64,000 nt of DNA, taken from assembly GCA_963699165.1 (NCBI GenBank), contig OY969413.1, positions 596,562-660,561 of the forward strand, written 5' to 3'. The stretch comes from Candidatus Kaiserbacteria bacterium. GTDB taxonomy: Bacteria > Patescibacteriota > Minisyncoccia > Phycocordibacterales > Phycocordibacteraceae. The notes beneath the pieces are model-generated. The model did not search any database and was not told the origin of the DNA. It worked only from the letters and a program-made list of their open reading frames with translations. The position numbers were made by a program, and so were the translations under genes. Below, one piece after another: positions 1 through 8,674 of this stretch (positions within the stretch are counted from its first letter, which is position 1; each line of letters begins with the position of its first letter).

Positions 1-154
1 TGCGGAACTTCCGACCACGAACTGACGACCTCTTGAGCCAACAAGAGTCACATTTCTAAAATAAACCCATTCCTTGTTCGTGGAAATGTGGAAGTGGTGT
101 CAGGTAACGTTTCACTCGCCATATGCAAGAAGAGTACGTCTCAATTTCGAGACG

Positions 155-751
155 TCAAAGATCTTTTTCGGACAGAAATTGAGACGGCGGCCATTTTCCT
201 TGAAAGAGATTTCTAAATGAGGTGGCATGCGTGACCATAATACCAATCGAGACGATTGCAAAAGCCGCCGAGATCACAAACGCTACACTGTCCTTTTCAA
301 TCGCAAGTCCATTATTTGGAGAAATGAGAATGAGCAACATGGACAGCGGGATGAACCAGTACGCAAACCGTATCCAGGTCCGGAAAATATCTTTGCGTTG
401 GAAATAAGCCGCGACGGAGAAAATGAGGAGAGGTAATATAGGGAAAAAAGTAACTAGGGTGGAATCGAGATTTTGTATACAGACTATGTGTTGGCTACCC
501 CCGCACCATCGATCCACGCTGACATACGCAAGGAGCCAGTCGACTATAGGCCATACTATCCAAAAAGACAGAATACTGGCAGAACTTAATTCAGCCGTGT
601 AAAGCAACTTGGCCGTTTTTCCAAAATGAAAATATTTTGATGAAACCCGCGTTACATACAACACGAAGAAGCAAACCAGCCAGATACCCAATACTTCTAT
701 TGAGAAAAAAATAAGAATGTCGGACAGGGAAGGAAATCTTAATCCAAGCAT
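155..751 (-). CDS. hypothetical multi-pass membrane protein
   Basis: 198-aa ORF with about 5 hydrophobic segments; no recognised motif. Confidence 0.55.
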   Translation of the reverse strand: MLGLRFPSLSDILIFFSIEVLGIWLVCFFVLYVTRVSSKYFHFGKTAKLLYTAELSSASILSFWIVWPIVDWLLAYVSVDRWCGGSQHIVCIQNLDSTLVTFFPILPLLIFSVAAYFQRKDIFRTWIRFAYWFIPLSMLLILISPNNGLAIEKDSVAFVISAAFAIVSIGIMVTHATSFRNLFQGKWPPSQFLSEKDL

Positions 752-1035
752 GAGGATGACGCTATGCTACTAATATGCAATCATAGAGCTTCCTGTTTTT
801 GTTGTGACATAAGGCACGACCATCCCGCTAACCTGCTTCACCACCTTACGCAACAACAATTGTACAGTCATTTTGGACAGATCGTCTAATAAGGTAACGC
901 TGCAATGCGCAAGGCATCGATTGTAGATAACCCCGCTCTTTAGCAAAAGATTAAATTGGAGAGACGCTTGTTGGAGGAGTGTGTTCGGAAACCGGTTCTC
1001 CTGGAACGACCGTGTTCGGTACCACTTATTTTAAT

Positions 1036-2550
1036 CTATATCCCGTCTTGCGTCATATCCAAATCGTTGGAGTCTGTACGGATGCCGGGTTCCCACAATT
1101 CGTCCGTGCCGCCGTTATAGTCCGGCCGATACAACCGACTCGCTTCGATTCCGGGGAGAAACATGACGTTTGAGACGCATGTGTTTGTGGCCGCGCATGC
1201 GTTGAGAACGGTGATTTCCTCCGAGCCGATGACAGCGGACCCGTCGTTCGCAGTTGCCTTTACGATTACGGTTCCCGCATTTCCCGCAGTCAGCACACCG
1301 AGAGGACTGATAGTTGCAGTGCCGGTTTCGTTTTCTACCGACCACGTAACGGTCGAGTTAGTTGCATTTGCCGGCAATACGGTGGCATTCATTTGCAATG
1401 TCTGTCCGCTCACGATTGTTGCTGTTGAACTCGAAGCCGCGACCGCGATGTTGGTAACCGGAATCGAGTTCACAGCTGTCCACACATAACCATTCGCGTC
1501 GGTTGCCGCAAGTTTTGTGCCGTCTGCGGATGAGGCAATCCCTGACCACGCTCGTGAACCTGTGCCGGTTTGTGCAACCCATGTAGCGCCGGAATCGGAC
1601 GATGTATAAATCTCACCGCTGGACATTCCTTCTCCATTTACTTCCGCTAATCCATCAGCCACCGCCAATTTTGAACCTTCGGACGACATTGTCACCGAGG
1701 TCCAGTCATGTACGCCTGTCCCGACACTGTGTTCAACCCACGTTGCACCTGAATCGGACGAGGTAAAAATATTGCCACCCATGACAGTCGCGGCCAATTT
1801 TGTGCCATCTGCAGATGAAGCCACGGATGTCCACGAACGCAAGCCGGCATTAACTTGATCGGTCCATGTTGCGCCTGAATCAGACGAAGTATAAATATCT
1901 CCACCGACTGCGAAACCATCACTATTTTCTGAAATTTGTGCCGCTGCAACTAGTTTAGTGCCATCGGCGGACGAGGCGACGGAATACCAGTAATGCCTAC
2001 CGGGACCGACTGCGTGTTCGCTCCATGTTGCTCCCGAATCAGCGGACGTAAAAATATCGCTGCTATCCGACCCCGCCACCAGCTTCGTTCCATCGGCAGA
2101 TGATGCCAGGGAATACCAGTCGCGATAACCCGCGCTCGATTGGTCGGTCCATGTTTCTCCGCCATCAGAAGATGTAAAAATATCACCACCGAATACTGCG
2201 GCTGCTAAGCTGTTCCCATCGGCGGACGAAGAAACCGTCCACCACCGATGAGATCCTGCGCCGAGTTGATTCCAAGAGGCACCGGAATCGGAGGATTTGA
2301 AAATATTACCGTCGTAGGTGCTGCCCATATCAATGGCTGCGATTAGTTTCGTACCATCGGCCGAAGACGCAATTGCCTTCCAGCCCCAAGCACCGCCACC
2401 CGGTGAACCCAGTTGTTCGGTCCAGTTCATTCGCGGCGAACCCGAAACCGACTGTGCAAACGCAGTGGGTACGGCGAAAAATACAAAAAGAAGAACGAAT
2501 GCAACGTAAACCCGAAGAGAAACTGCCCGCACAAGCGACGTGATGTCCAT
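1036..2550 (-). CDS. secreted BNR/Asp-box beta-propeller protein with Ig-like (Big_2) domain; apparently C-terminally truncated
   Basis: Signal peptide from MDITS; about 7 repeats of SSADGTKL...GGDIYTSSDSGATW; Ig-like segment TVLPANATNSTVTWS; ends shortly after NVMFLPGIEASRLY, which looks like the start of an alpha/beta-hydrolase domain. Confidence 0.75.
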   Translation of the reverse strand: MDITSLVRAVSLRVYVAFVLLFVFFAVPTAFAQSVSGSPRMNWTEQLGSPGGGAWGWKAIASSADGTKLIAAIDMGSTYDGNIFKSSDSGASWNQLGAGSHRWWTVSSSADGNSLAAAVFGGDIFTSSDGGETWTDQSSAGYRDWYSLASSADGTKLVAGSDSSDIFTSADSGATWSEHAVGPGRHYWYSVASSADGTKLVAAAQISENSDGFAVGGDIYTSSDSGATWTDQVNAGLRSWTSVASSADGTKLAATVMGGNIFTSSDSGATWVEHSVGTGVHDWTSVTMSSEGSKLAVADGLAEVNGEGMSSGEIYTSSDSGATWVAQTGTGSRAWSGIASSADGTKLAATDANGYVWTAVNSIPVTNIAVAASSSTATIVSGQTLQMNATVLPANATNSTVTWSVENETGTATISPLGVLTAGNAGTVIVKATANDGSAVIGSEEITVLNACAATNTCVSNVMFLPGIEASRLYRPDYNGGTDELWEPGIRTDSNDLDMTQDGI

Positions 2551-2720
2551 ACCGAAGATAAAGAAATGGAGCGATAAAGCCCGAGTAATATAAAAACTGC
2601 GTCCAAAACGGCAACCCCTTGTTGCTTGGCCACACAATACTATTCGCGCGTTACACGTCAAGCCGAGTTCCCGGAACCGGAGTACATTTCTGAAATTTTT
2701 ACAATCGGAAATAGGCCGTA

Positions 2721-2750
2721 GCAAAAATGCCCCGAGTCGGGGCATTTTGC
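2721..2750. terminator. intrinsic terminator hairpin
   Basis: gcaaaaatgccccga-g-tcggggcattttgc, just downstream of 2765..3544. Confidence 0.7.
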
Positions 2751-2764
2751 CGTGTGCTGAATTC

Positions 2765-3544
2765 TTATTGAGCTGTCGTTGTCGTCGTTTTCGAACCGAG
2801 TGCCTTTAGCCCCTTAAGAATTGTCGTGATGTCTTTGCGCGCCGCCTGCAAGTCCTGCGTGCCCGTCTTGATGTTTGCGCGAGCCGCAACAAGCGCGGCG
2901 TGGTTTGAGGCCGCGACCGTCTTATTTCCCTGGTCGGGACTGAGTCCGGTAATTCCCGACTGCGCGGTTTGGGCTTGCGTTGTCGCGTCGGCAATCTTTG
3001 CGTTCATATCGGAGAGTGCTGCCGTAAGCGCCGACACGTCTTTGCCGTCGGTTTGATCGGCCGTAATGCGGGCTTGCAGTTTCGCACCAAGCGCTTGCAT
3101 CAGGCCGTTAATAACCGTGATGCGGTCTGCCGCCGCCAGGATTGCTCCGCGAGGCACAACGAGCGCGTAGATGCGAAATGTCGAGAAGATGGTCGCTTCA
3201 TCGGCCTTCGCCGTTGCCACGACCGTATCGGCATCGATTTTCGATTGCAAAGCGGTGAGACCTGCGATGTTTGTCTGCACTGCCGATGCAATGCTCGATT
3301 TCTCGGCATCCGATTCGTTCTTCATGTCCTGTACCCGGGCCGCGAGCTTATTGAGGTCGGCAATACGTGCGGTGATTTCCGTATTGCTGCGGGAAATAAT
3401 CGTGGCGAGTTTCTGCGCCGCCGCCGCGCCGTTAGTTGCCGCCGATGTCGTCGTTGTCTGCGCTGACGCGGGAAAAACTCCCGCAAACATCGCCGCTGCG
3501 AGAGCCGACCCGACAATCGAAATGCTGATTGAGTGTTTAAACAT
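2765..3544 (-). CDS. secreted alpha-helical/coiled-coil protein
   Basis: Signal peptide ending ...PASA; Ala-rich heptad pattern throughout. Confidence 0.75.
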   Translation of the reverse strand: MFKHSISISIVGSALAAAMFAGVFPASAQTTTTSAATNGAAAAQKLATIISRSNTEITARIADLNKLAARVQDMKNESDAEKSSIASAVQTNIAGLTALQSKIDADTVVATAKADEATIFSTFRIYALVVPRGAILAAADRITVINGLMQALGAKLQARITADQTDGKDVSALTAALSDMNAKIADATTQAQTAQSGITGLSPDQGNKTVAASNHAALVAARANIKTGTQDLQAARKDITTILKGLKALGSKTTTTTAQ

Positions 3545-3585
3545 AAATAGTTGGTTTGATATTCTCGTAATCTTCTACGTTCACT

Positions 3586-3613
3586 TAACGTTCTCTGCAA
3601 TGAAAGTGTGACA
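3586..3613 (-). promoter_or_regulatory. putative ECF sigma-dependent promoter (copy 2)
   Basis: Minus strand TGTCACACTTTC-N11-CGTTA; the same motif lies upstream of the sigma gene. Confidence 0.6.
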
Positions 3614-3617
3614 GGAG

Positions 3618-3947
3618 TTACTGACTGTTGAGTCCGTGGTCCGCGCTCGCATTATCGGAATCGAGACCGCTCAATTGCGAATCGATGGCATTTGCGTCTT
3701 GAGCCATGGAGTCATCGGAATTTCCCGTCGATGCTGCCGCGCCCGAGGCACTGCCCTGTGCAGTTTGCGTTTGCGTTCCGGCTTGAGCGGTTTGGGTTCC
3801 GCTACCGGAAGTGGGCTGGGTCTGCGCGCCGGCCTGACCTGACGGAGCCGGTGTGTTTGCTGAAGAATTGTTCACATACCACCACACGCCGCCGCCAATC
3901 GCCGCAAGAACGATGATTACTAAGATTATTTTTGTTACATTCGACAT
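3618..3947 (-). CDS. small membrane-anchored protein, paralog of the anti-sigma C-terminal domain
   Basis: N-terminal TM helix, Ser/Thr/Gln/Gly linker, C-terminal DANAIDSQLSGLDSDNASADHGL. Confidence 0.75.
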   Translation of the reverse strand: MSNVTKIILVIIVLAAIGGGVWWYVNNSSANTPAPSGQAGAQTQPTSGSGTQTAQAGTQTQTAQGSASGAAASTGNSDDSMAQDANAIDSQLSGLDSDNASADHGLNSQ

Positions 3948-3977
3948 GCTTCGTAAGCTACTTGTAATACCTCCCGA

Positions 3978-4484
3978 TTATAACGCCTCGCCGCCCTGCC
4001 GGTCTCCGAGAGCATGGTCGGCTTGTGCAGTATCGGAGTCCAAATCGCTCAATTGGGCGTCAATCGCCGCAGCATCGCTCGCCAAAGCCGCATCTGAAGC
4101 ATCTGATTTATCCACAACTGCCGTCTGCTGTTGCGGATTTGAAGTGCTTGTCTGCGTTTCGAATCCGAAAAACGCCGTGCCGCCGACAACGAACAATGCG
4201 GCGACAAAAACAGCCGCGCCCGTCCGTCCGAAAAATACCGGCGAACGATACCAGGGACTTGGAATCGGAGTCGATATTTTTTTGAGCGTCGCCCGCAGAA
4301 GTTCTTCGGGCGGTCGGACATCCCGAGCCGCCTGCAAAGTCGCAACCGATTTGAAAAAATCGTTCAATGCCGCGCTCTGCTCCGGATACCGTTCGAGTAT
4401 CGAGGCCTTCGATGCTCCTTCATCCAGAAGCCGCAATGCTTCTTGAAGTATCTCTTCTTCGTTTTGGTTTTTCGCAGTGCTCAT
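3978..4484 (-). CDS. putative anti-sigma factor (single TM)
   Basis: Overlaps the ECF sigma stop by 4 nt; cytoplasmic helical N-terminus, one TM, C-terminal DAAAIDAQLSDLDSDTAQADHAL. Confidence 0.65.
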   Translation of the reverse strand: MSTAKNQNEEEILQEALRLLDEGASKASILERYPEQSAALNDFFKSVATLQAARDVRPPEELLRATLKKISTPIPSPWYRSPVFFGRTGAAVFVAALFVVGGTAFFGFETQTSTSNPQQQTAVVDKSDASDAALASDAAAIDAQLSDLDSDTAQADHALGDRQGGEAL

Positions 4485-5044
4485 AAAATGTGTTCTTTGG
4501 TTTGTAATAATTTACGCAGGGCGCGCAAGCCGCGCGACTGGAGTTGTCGGACTGCCGTTTCGTTCTTTTTCAGCATAACGGCAATTTCCCGCGTAGAAAA
4601 CCCTTCGATAAAACGCAATACGACGGTGTCTTGCTGTTCTTGGGGCAACTTTGCAATGCACCGCCGGAGCATGTCGTTTTCATCTCTTTGTATCGCCGCT
4701 TCCTCCGCCGTATCGGCATCGTCGCGTATTCCCTCCAAAACTCCTTCGTCGGCAACCGGCATTTTTCGTTTGCGGTAATAATCAATCACGCCGTGGCGGG
4801 CAATCGTGTACAGGTACGCTAAAGGCGACCCTCCGGAGTGGGTATACCGGGGAAATGAGACGTACGCTTTCAGGAACGCTTCCTGCGTCAGATCATCAAC
4901 GTCGGACTTGTCCGTGACGCGGAAATAAATATACCGATACAAAGGCGTGAAGTACGCGGTATATAGTGCCGCAAACGCCTCCGCATCGCCCAAACGCGCA
5001 CGCCCGATAATCTCCTCAATGTTGTCCGGATCGGCTGGATGCAT
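4481..5044 (-). CDS. ECF-family RNA polymerase sigma factor
   Basis: Region 2 (DAEAFAALY...DDLTQEAFLKAY...YLYTIARH..IDYYRK) and region 4 (LPQEQQDTVVLRFIEGFSTREIA...AVRQLQSRGL). Confidence 0.93.
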   Translation of the reverse strand: MHPADPDNIEEIIGRARLGDAEAFAALYTAYFTPLYRYIYFRVTDKSDVDDLTQEAFLKAYVSFPRYTHSGGSPLAYLYTIARHGVIDYYRKRKMPVADEGVLEGIRDDADTAEEAAIQRDENDMLRRCIAKLPQEQQDTVVLRFIEGFSTREIAVMLKKNETAVRQLQSRGLRALRKLLQTKEHIL

Positions 5045-5057
5045 AGCCCATCGAGTA

Positions 5058-5084
5058 TAACGAAGCGGAGGCGAAAGTGTGACA
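5058..5084 (-). promoter_or_regulatory. putative autoregulatory ECF promoter overlapping a TATACT -10 box
   Basis: Minus strand TGTCACACTTTC-N10-CGTTATACT, 9 nt before the ATG at 5044. Confidence 0.6.
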
Positions 5085-5173
5085 CGTTGCATTCCGACCC
5101 GAAACCTTACATTTTTACATTCGGCATTCGCTCAAGGTTGCCGTCGTTGAAATTTTTCCGATTCCGGAACGAA

Positions 5174-5746
5174 TCACGCGGTGTCACGGTCTGAACGTTG
5201 CTCAAACGCATGCATTAAAATGTCATACCCTTTTTCATAGTGATCTCGTCTCGGTCGAGTCCAAACGTTTCCTTGGCGAAAGCAAACATCTCGTTCTGCA
5301 TTTTTTCCGCGTCGCCGTCGTCCACCACTTGCTCGATTTCTATAAAACTGCCGAGGCGCTCAACCTCGTCGAGAGTAATCGTGTACTTTTTATAGGTGCA
5401 GGTGCGGCGCGTCTTTTTTTACGGTCACACCCCGTATGTATCCGAACAGCTCCATCATCCCCTGCAATGCTTCGGCATCATCGATTTTGATCTCATACTC
5501 GACGCAATCCATCTCGTTGGTCAACGGTTTCTTTACCGTAAACTTGAAGGACGAATTGTCTTCGATGCGCAGGCGCGGATAACTCCACTCGCCATGCGCA
5601 GACTCAAACCATCGCGTGACATCCTTATGCACGAAGTTGATATCCTCCTGCGTTTTCGGCTTGGATAAGGTGCAACCGAGCGCTTCCAGCTTGGAAGCTA
5701 TTGCATTCAGATTAGGCGCCTTCAACTTTATTTCAATTTCTCTCAT
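5174..5746 (-). pseudogene. CYTH-domain protein (class IV adenylate cyclase-like), frameshifted in homopolymers
   Basis: N-terminal EIEIK motif; removing one A from the run at 5414-5420 continues VKKTRR...ITLDEVERLGSFIEIE; a second probable indel near 5231-5235 restores GYDILM; may be sequencing error. Confidence 0.75.
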
Positions 5747-5758
5747 GCGAAAGCTCCT

Positions 5759-6823
5759 TTAGCACGCGATGTTTTGGTCGACGGCGCTCGAATCCGCCTC
5801 GTATTGAATGAGCCAAATCGGGCTTCCGGAAATGAATCCATTTCGGGTTACGCACGCGTTTATCGCTTCGATTTGCGTCGCCGTGCCGATGGGAAACCAG
5901 TTTGGCGTGGTAACGGCAACTCCGTTAACCGACTGATTCGGAACGAACGCGGTGCCGGCAATGTCGTCCCACATATACGGAACGGAATAGATGCCGACGC
6001 GTATGCCTTTCGCATTCAGATAATCAATCGCGCCTTGAATCGTCGCATCGTTTACGCTCGTATCCGGCGACCAGCTGTTTGCCTCTTCAATATCAAGCCA
6101 CCATAGCGAAGTGTTTATGGAGTTCCCCGCTGCGTATGCAAAAGAGTGTGCGGCGGCGTTGTAGCCGTAGTTATAGCCCTGACACGCCGTCGGGTCGGTG
6201 CTCGTCGAAACGCTCGTCGGACACGACTTCGGGCCGCCGATATTTGCCGCGACGGTGCTGCCGTACGGCGCATTCAAATTCATGTACGCGGTCGGTGCGC
6301 GCGCCGAACTGACCTGCGCCCACGCGACTTCGGAGGAAAGGCGGGGATTGTCGACAAACGCCCTGCCGCCCGTAACGCCGATGACGCCGAAATTAAACAT
6401 CACACCGGGATATTGGGAGGTGCTATAGGAAAGGTCATAACCGAGATTGCTCGGTATGTACGGAGTGCCGACCGATGAGAGATGCGGAATCGCCTGTTGC
6501 GCCGAAGCCGGAGGGTTCACGACTGCCGGGTCTGCCGGCGCATCAACGGTAAAAGAAGTGAGCAAATCGACAAAGGCGGCAGCAGGCGTGCCGGGCGATG
6601 ACTGCACAACCCCAATGAGGGATGCGGCTTGGTTTGCGGTTATGTTCGAGAAAGCAATTATGAGAGGAACGAATGCGCTCGCAGCTGTGCCGGGAGACGA
6701 CTGCACGACTCCGATAATGCTGATTGATTGCTGCTCGGTAAGGGCAGCCGCAGATGATACTGCCGGCAGCGCGAATGCAATAAGGAATAGTACCGTCAAT
6801 GCAAATGTCTTAAATTTCTCCAT
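5759..6823 (-). CDS. secreted GH25-like (muramidase-fold) glycoside hydrolase
   Basis: Signal peptide; GYDLSY, WWLDIEEANSW, VGIYS and IWLIQY motifs; duplicated N-terminal ~33-aa repeat. Confidence 0.65.
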   Translation of the reverse strand: MEKFKTFALTVLFLIAFALPAVSSAAALTEQQSISIIGVVQSSPGTAASAFVPLIIAFSNITANQAASLIGVVQSSPGTPAAAFVDLLTSFTVDAPADPAVVNPPASAQQAIPHLSSVGTPYIPSNLGYDLSYSTSQYPGVMFNFGVIGVTGGRAFVDNPRLSSEVAWAQVSSARAPTAYMNLNAPYGSTVAANIGGPKSCPTSVSTSTDPTACQGYNYGYNAAAHSFAYAAGNSINTSLWWLDIEEANSWSPDTSVNDATIQGAIDYLNAKGIRVGIYSVPYMWDDIAGTAFVPNQSVNGVAVTTPNWFPIGTATQIEAINACVTRNGFISGSPIWLIQYEADSSAVDQNIAC

Positions 6824-6980
6824 CACTGCTAAGTATACCGTGCGAAGCAGGGTTTTGTTGCTTTTGAATACATCGCTCACACGGGTCATTGACAGAGCGT
6901 GCTATAAAAGTAACCTGTCAGCAGAACTCGGGAGCGTTAGAAACCCGGGAATTGTTCATTTATATGGGAGGAAGGGCATC

Positions 6981-7455
6981 GTGCCAGGAATACCGGTAAT
7001 CGCCATCACCGGCGGACCGTGCGGAGGAAAATCAACCTTTATGGTCCGCGCGCTCGAGTGGCTCGCAAATTTCGGCTATCATACGCTCATCGTTTCCGAG
7101 ACGGCCACGGAACTCATTTCAGCAGGGGCTTCGCCGGCCGTACTCGGTCTCGACGCCTTTCAAGAACACCTGTTGCTCTACACAATCCGGCGCGAAGAGC
7201 ATTATCTGGAAATTGCACGAGCAATCACGGGTTCAGACAGACGAGTCGTCATTCTTTGCGATCGCGGGGTTCTGGATTGCGCCGCATACATGGGACCCGA
7301 GCCGTACCGAAAAATGATAGCGCGATTGGGTTATACGCAAGAACAGCTCAGGGCTCGATATCATCTTGTCGTACACCTTGTCTCTGCCGCCATTGGTGCG
7401 GAAAAGTTCTACACGCTCGCCAACAATGCCGCGCGGAGCGAATCGCCGGAAGAAG
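6981..7455 (+). pseudogene. AAA_28/NadR-Ttd14-type P-loop NTPase, truncated by IS3
   Basis: ITGGPCGGKST Walker A, ILCDRG, YTLANNAARSESPEE; the reading frame runs into the IS3 end at 7456; GGAGG upstream of the GTG. Confidence 0.8.
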
Positions 7456-7502
7456 TGGAAGGTACCCCTTTCTTCGTACACTCATTCTATAAGTATAGGA
7501 TA

Positions 7503-8285
7503 CTATGCTCTGCTCAGAGCAACAAACTCTCTTGGCGCCATACGCAGTGCTGAGTGAATGCGAGCGGTATTGTGATAGTGGATGGTGAGGTAGATCTCAG
7601 CCACTAATTCACCTAACGTGTCGAATCGGTTCGGATCACCCAGGTCAATCTTGAACCCTTTGTAGAAGGACTCTTGGTAGCCATTCTCCCAGGGACATCC
7701 AGGACGAGACATAGATTGCTGTATGCCGATCGTTGCCACGAGCATCGCATAATCCTTTGAGGCATACTCGCTGCCTTGATCCGAATGGATGACACGAGGT
7801 GGCGATTTGTGATGCAATGCAGAGAGAAGTGCATTCATGATGAGTTGCGTGCTGTGGGTGGTGAGGACTGACACACCGACAATCTCTCGGGAATAGACGT
7901 CAAGGATGGTAGCGACGTATACCCAGTACCCGTGGTACTTGAGGTAGGTGAAGTCACTCGCCCAGATGTCACCGTCCTGCTCGGGAGTTTGATGGAGCAA
8001 GAAGTTCGGGAATATACTGTCTTTTGTCTTTAGCACAAATCGCTTCTTTGCGGTCCTCCGATATGGTTTGATACCGAACAATTTCATCACACGCAGAATG
8101 CGCTTTTTGTTGACTTTGAGGTAGAGTGCCAACCGTTTGTGCCCATAGGCGGGATGGCTATGCAGAGCTTCTTCGATGAGTTGCTTTGTGTGCCAATCCC
8201 TCCGAGCCTGCTTCGGCTCGTAGTACAGCGTACTGCGAGCAATACCGCTCTCGCGTGCAAGAGCACTCTTGTTTTCTCTCATCAA
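7503..8285 (-). CDS. IS3 OrfB, DDE integrase-core transposase
   Basis: WASDFTY, HSDQGSEY and ENGYQESF DDE motifs. Confidence 0.93.
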   Translation of the reverse strand: MMRENKSALARESGIARSTLYYEPKQARRDWHTKQLIEEALHSHPAYGHKRLALYLKVNKKRILRVMKLFGIKPYRRTAKKRFVLKTKDSIFPNFLLHQTPEQDGDIWASDFTYLKYHGYWVYVATILDVYSREIVGVSVLTTHSTQLIMNALLSALHHKSPPRVIHSDQGSEYASKDYAMLVATIGIQQSMSRPGCPWENGYQESFYKGFKIDLGDPNRFDTLGELVAEIYLTIHYHNTARIHSALRMAPREFVALSRA

Positions 8286-8542
8286 GAGCCCCTTTTTTCT
8301 CCGTTTGAGAGTTTAAACGTCAATTCTCCGATGAGTGCTTTAAGGAGACCGTTCTCCTTCTTCACTCTGTTGTGCTCAATGATACTCACTCCTTTTGCAG
8401 AGGTGCCAAGCCAAGCATAGATAGTGACGGTACTGACTCCGTGTTCTTTCGCTGCCTCAGCGACACTGATGCCATCGTTTTTGATACGGTTGATAATCTG
8501 CTCCTTAATCTCAGGAGCAATACGGTATGCTTTCTTTGCCAT
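8282..8542 (-). CDS. IS3 OrfA, HTH protein
   Basis: SVAEAAKEHGVSTVTIYAW HTH plus leucine-zipper-like tail; overlaps orfB in the -1 frame. Confidence 0.88.
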   Translation of the reverse strand: MAKKAYRIAPEIKEQIINRIKNDGISVAEAAKEHGVSTVTIYAWLGTSAKGVSIIEHNRVKKENGLLKALIGELTFKLSNGEKRGS

Positions 8543-8605
8543 AGGTACATTCTAAATTAGCTGCTGGTATTTAGAATGAGTGTCCGACGTTTGGGGTACC
8601 TTGCA

Positions 8606-8670
8606 AAATGATACAAGGGCTCTCTGTACGGGGAGTTAACTACAAATCCTTGATTTATATTTTCTTGCAT
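8606..8670 (-). pseudogene. 5' stub of a type III restriction endonuclease (Res), cut by IS3
   Basis: ATG 4 nt after the mod stop encodes MQENINQGFVVNSPYREPLYH, resembling the NSPYxEP..H start of Res subunits partnered with this Mod type. Confidence 0.6.
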
Positions 8671-8674
8671 ATGT

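Larger units (their letters stand above)
7456..8605 (-). mobile_element. IS3-family insertion sequence
   Basis: Imperfect 27-bp terminal IRs TGGAAGGTACCCCTTTCTTCGTACACT / TGCAAGGTACCCCAAACGTCGGACACT; orfA and orfB; no target duplication. Confidence 0.92.

Noticed and set aside
1480-2400. Periodic ~130-150 bp DNA similarity
   Set aside because: Explained by the BNR/Asp-box protein repeats of the beta-propeller
6447-7553. 368-aa ORF as one gene
   Set aside because: The 5' part is antisense to the GH25-like gene and the 3' end is IS3 sequence; the real gene starts at GTG 6981
8283-8300. Programmed -1 frameshift at A6G in IS3
   Set aside because: The A-AAA-AAG heptamer is not in the orfA frame; the TGATG overlap suggests translational coupling instead
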